Assembly: GCF_018977255.1 (NCBI RefSeq)
Contig: NW_024704840.1
Location: 1 to 64,000 of the forward strand
Direction: 5' to 3'
From: Callorhinchus milii
Lineage: Eukaryota
DNA length: 64,000 bases
The notes under the pieces are model-generated. The model was not told the DNA's origin and ran no database searches. It saw only the letters and a list, made by a program, of their open reading frames with translations. A program made the position numbers and the translations under genes. Of the stretch, positions 62,235-64,000 are shown one piece after another. Position 1 is the first letter of the stretch. Every line of letters begins with the position of its first letter.

Positions 62235-62715
62235 CAACAAAAACTTAGATTTGTGTAGCGCCGTCCAAGCCGGACGGCGTCTCAGCGCTTCGCAATAAAT
62301 ATTACCGAGGCGGAGCGAAGGGGAGGGGGAAGGAGGTGAGCAAAGGCGCGGGCCTGAATGTAGGAAGAGAGGTGGGAGGCTGAGGGACACGAAGATGCAG
62401 TGCTAGAGGGTGACAAGACGCAGGAGGACGAGGCTGCCAGGCGGACATATTTACCACAGTTGAAAAGAAGTCCATGACCTCCTCGCACTTGGCGTTGGAT
62501 CCGAAAATTGTGGAGGCCTGAGGTAGCGAGCGGAGGAGGTAATGGGTAGTGGAAAAAAGACCTTTAGAGTTGTTTTTTTGTCTCCAGGATGATGTCGGAG
62601 AAGAAGGCCTTTTTCGCACCCGTCAAAGAAAGTCTGTAGCTGTGGAGATGCTCGAGCCACAGTTGGTGGTGACCTGTCAGGCCAGTTTTTGCCATCTGCG
62701 CTCGAGCAGTCGGGA
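62235..62715 (-). mobile_element. L2-type LINE fragment (ORF2 piece plus 3' tail)
   Basis: Minus-strand frames give ERRWQK..HHQLWLEHLHSY..AKKAFFSDII..NNSKGLFSTT..CEEVMDFF, the L2 ORF2 pre-RT region; L2 tail at 62235-62300. Confidence 0.75.
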
Positions 62716-62717
62716 TT

Positions 62718-63292
62718 GCACAACCCAACATCACTGCCCTCTAATCCACATCATGACCCTCTACCCCATATCATTGCCCTCTACTCCGCATCACTGCCCT
62801 CTAATCCACATCATTACCCTCTGCCCCATATCATTGCCCTCTACTCCACATCACTGCCCTCTAATCCACATCATTACCCTCTACCCCACATCATTGCACT
62901 CTAATCAATATCACTGTCCTCTACCCTACATCTGTACACTCTACCCCACATAACTGCCCTCTAATCCGCATCACGACCCTCTAACCCACATCACTGCCCT
63001 CTATCCCACATCACCGCCCTCTATCCCACATCACTGCCCTCTACTCCACATCACTACTCTCTACCCCACATCATTGCACTCTAATCCATATCCCTGTCCT
63101 CTACCCCACATCTCTACACTCTACCCCACATAACTGCCCTCTAATCCACATCACGATCCTCTAACCCACATCACTGCCCTCTACCCCACATCACCGCCCT
63201 CTACCCCATATCATTGCCCTCTACTCCACATCACTACTCTCTACCCCACATCATTGCACTCTAACCCACATCACTGCCCTCTACCCCACACC
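62718..63292. repeat. 20-bp C-rich minisatellite, ~28 units
   Basis: Unit CCACATCACTGCCCTCTA(A/C)(T/C). Confidence 0.95.
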
Positions 63293-64000
63293 TCTTCAGT
63301 GATCCAGGTTGTATTTCGTGAGAATCACACCGAATTTCAGGTCACGAACCTGCTAATTCTTCTGCAATCCATTGTGGTCAGGGACAGACAGATGTAAGTG
63401 GTTTGTGTGTTGTGCACTTGAAAACAATGACAAACAACTGGGCGGTTACATGACCATTTGATATTTATTGAAGTCTATTTGATTTTAACTCACCATTTAC
63501 AATCTGTTTGTTAATTAGATAAACAGTCAAGAGCAGATATCACTCTTGTGACACATGGTGGGTGCTGTCATTACATCAATTCTCTTTTGTTTGCTCATGT
63601 ACTTTTACCATTATTCCCAAAACTAATACCCGCCGTGGTTTACAGAATAAACATAGAACTTTCTGGTTCCAATACAAGTTTCATCTGAAACTGGATCTAT
63701 TTTTAACCAACTGACCAATGACTCATTTTAGGAAATAAAATAACATGATTGATATAATTCAACAAAAATAACTAATCAAATATGTGCAGATATCTAATAA
63801 TTTTGTCACAATCAATGTTTTAAAATGACGAGAAAATAAAAAAAATTCGTAAGCGCAGTTGCAGTTTAGAATCGTAAGCATAAAAGTAAATTCAAAACAA
63901 ATTAGAAAAGGATTACAAATACAACCATTTTCTGTGTAATATGATAACACTAGCGAAGGCGTCAGTTTACTGCAATGTTTAAAATATGCATAATATTCAC

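Noticed and set aside
61261-62248. Long ORFs (278, 172 and 117 aa)
   Set aside because: Translations of the 52-bp tandem repeat, open in several frames; no gene structure. The array is not a CRISPR (no unique spacers; eukaryotic DNA).
63300-63400. Potential small exon flanked by cttcAG and GTAAGT
   Set aside because: No partner exons or recognisable homology.

Overview
Vertebrate genomic DNA, most likely from a cartilaginous fish. A chimaera such as Callorhinchus milii is inferred from the NAR-TCR module and the SINE/LINE content, but the species is not proven. The window is part of a T-cell receptor alpha/delta variable-region locus. It holds 17 conventional TRAV/TRDV-type segments plus one decayed relic. 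Most have a phase-1 leader exon, an Ig V-set exon and a 23-bp-spacer RSS. Twelve are on the minus strand (64-32802) and five on the plus strand (37740-46850). The polarity switch falls in a gap-containing interval that also holds a partial GPR139/142-like GPCR ORF. The main feature is a complete doubly-rearranging NAR-TCR module at 49640-52878: leader, VNAR-type V (22-RSS), D (12/12 RSS), J (23-RSS, splice donor), then an in-frame, apparently leaderless supporting TCR-delta V with its own 23-RSS. Both V domains carry an extra Cys. The NAR V ends in a D-like sequence, suggesting a germline-joined VD. Other findings are a co-duplicated ETS/E-box plus CTCF-like module that flips with V polarity, an ~11-kb tandem V cassette duplication, an inverted gene-conversion-like tract, tRNA-Ala-derived SINEs abutting RSS nonamers, CR1/L2 fragments and several minisatellites. 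One of these is a G-rich, AGCT-containing 52-bp array. No D/J/C segments of the conventional TCR are in the window.
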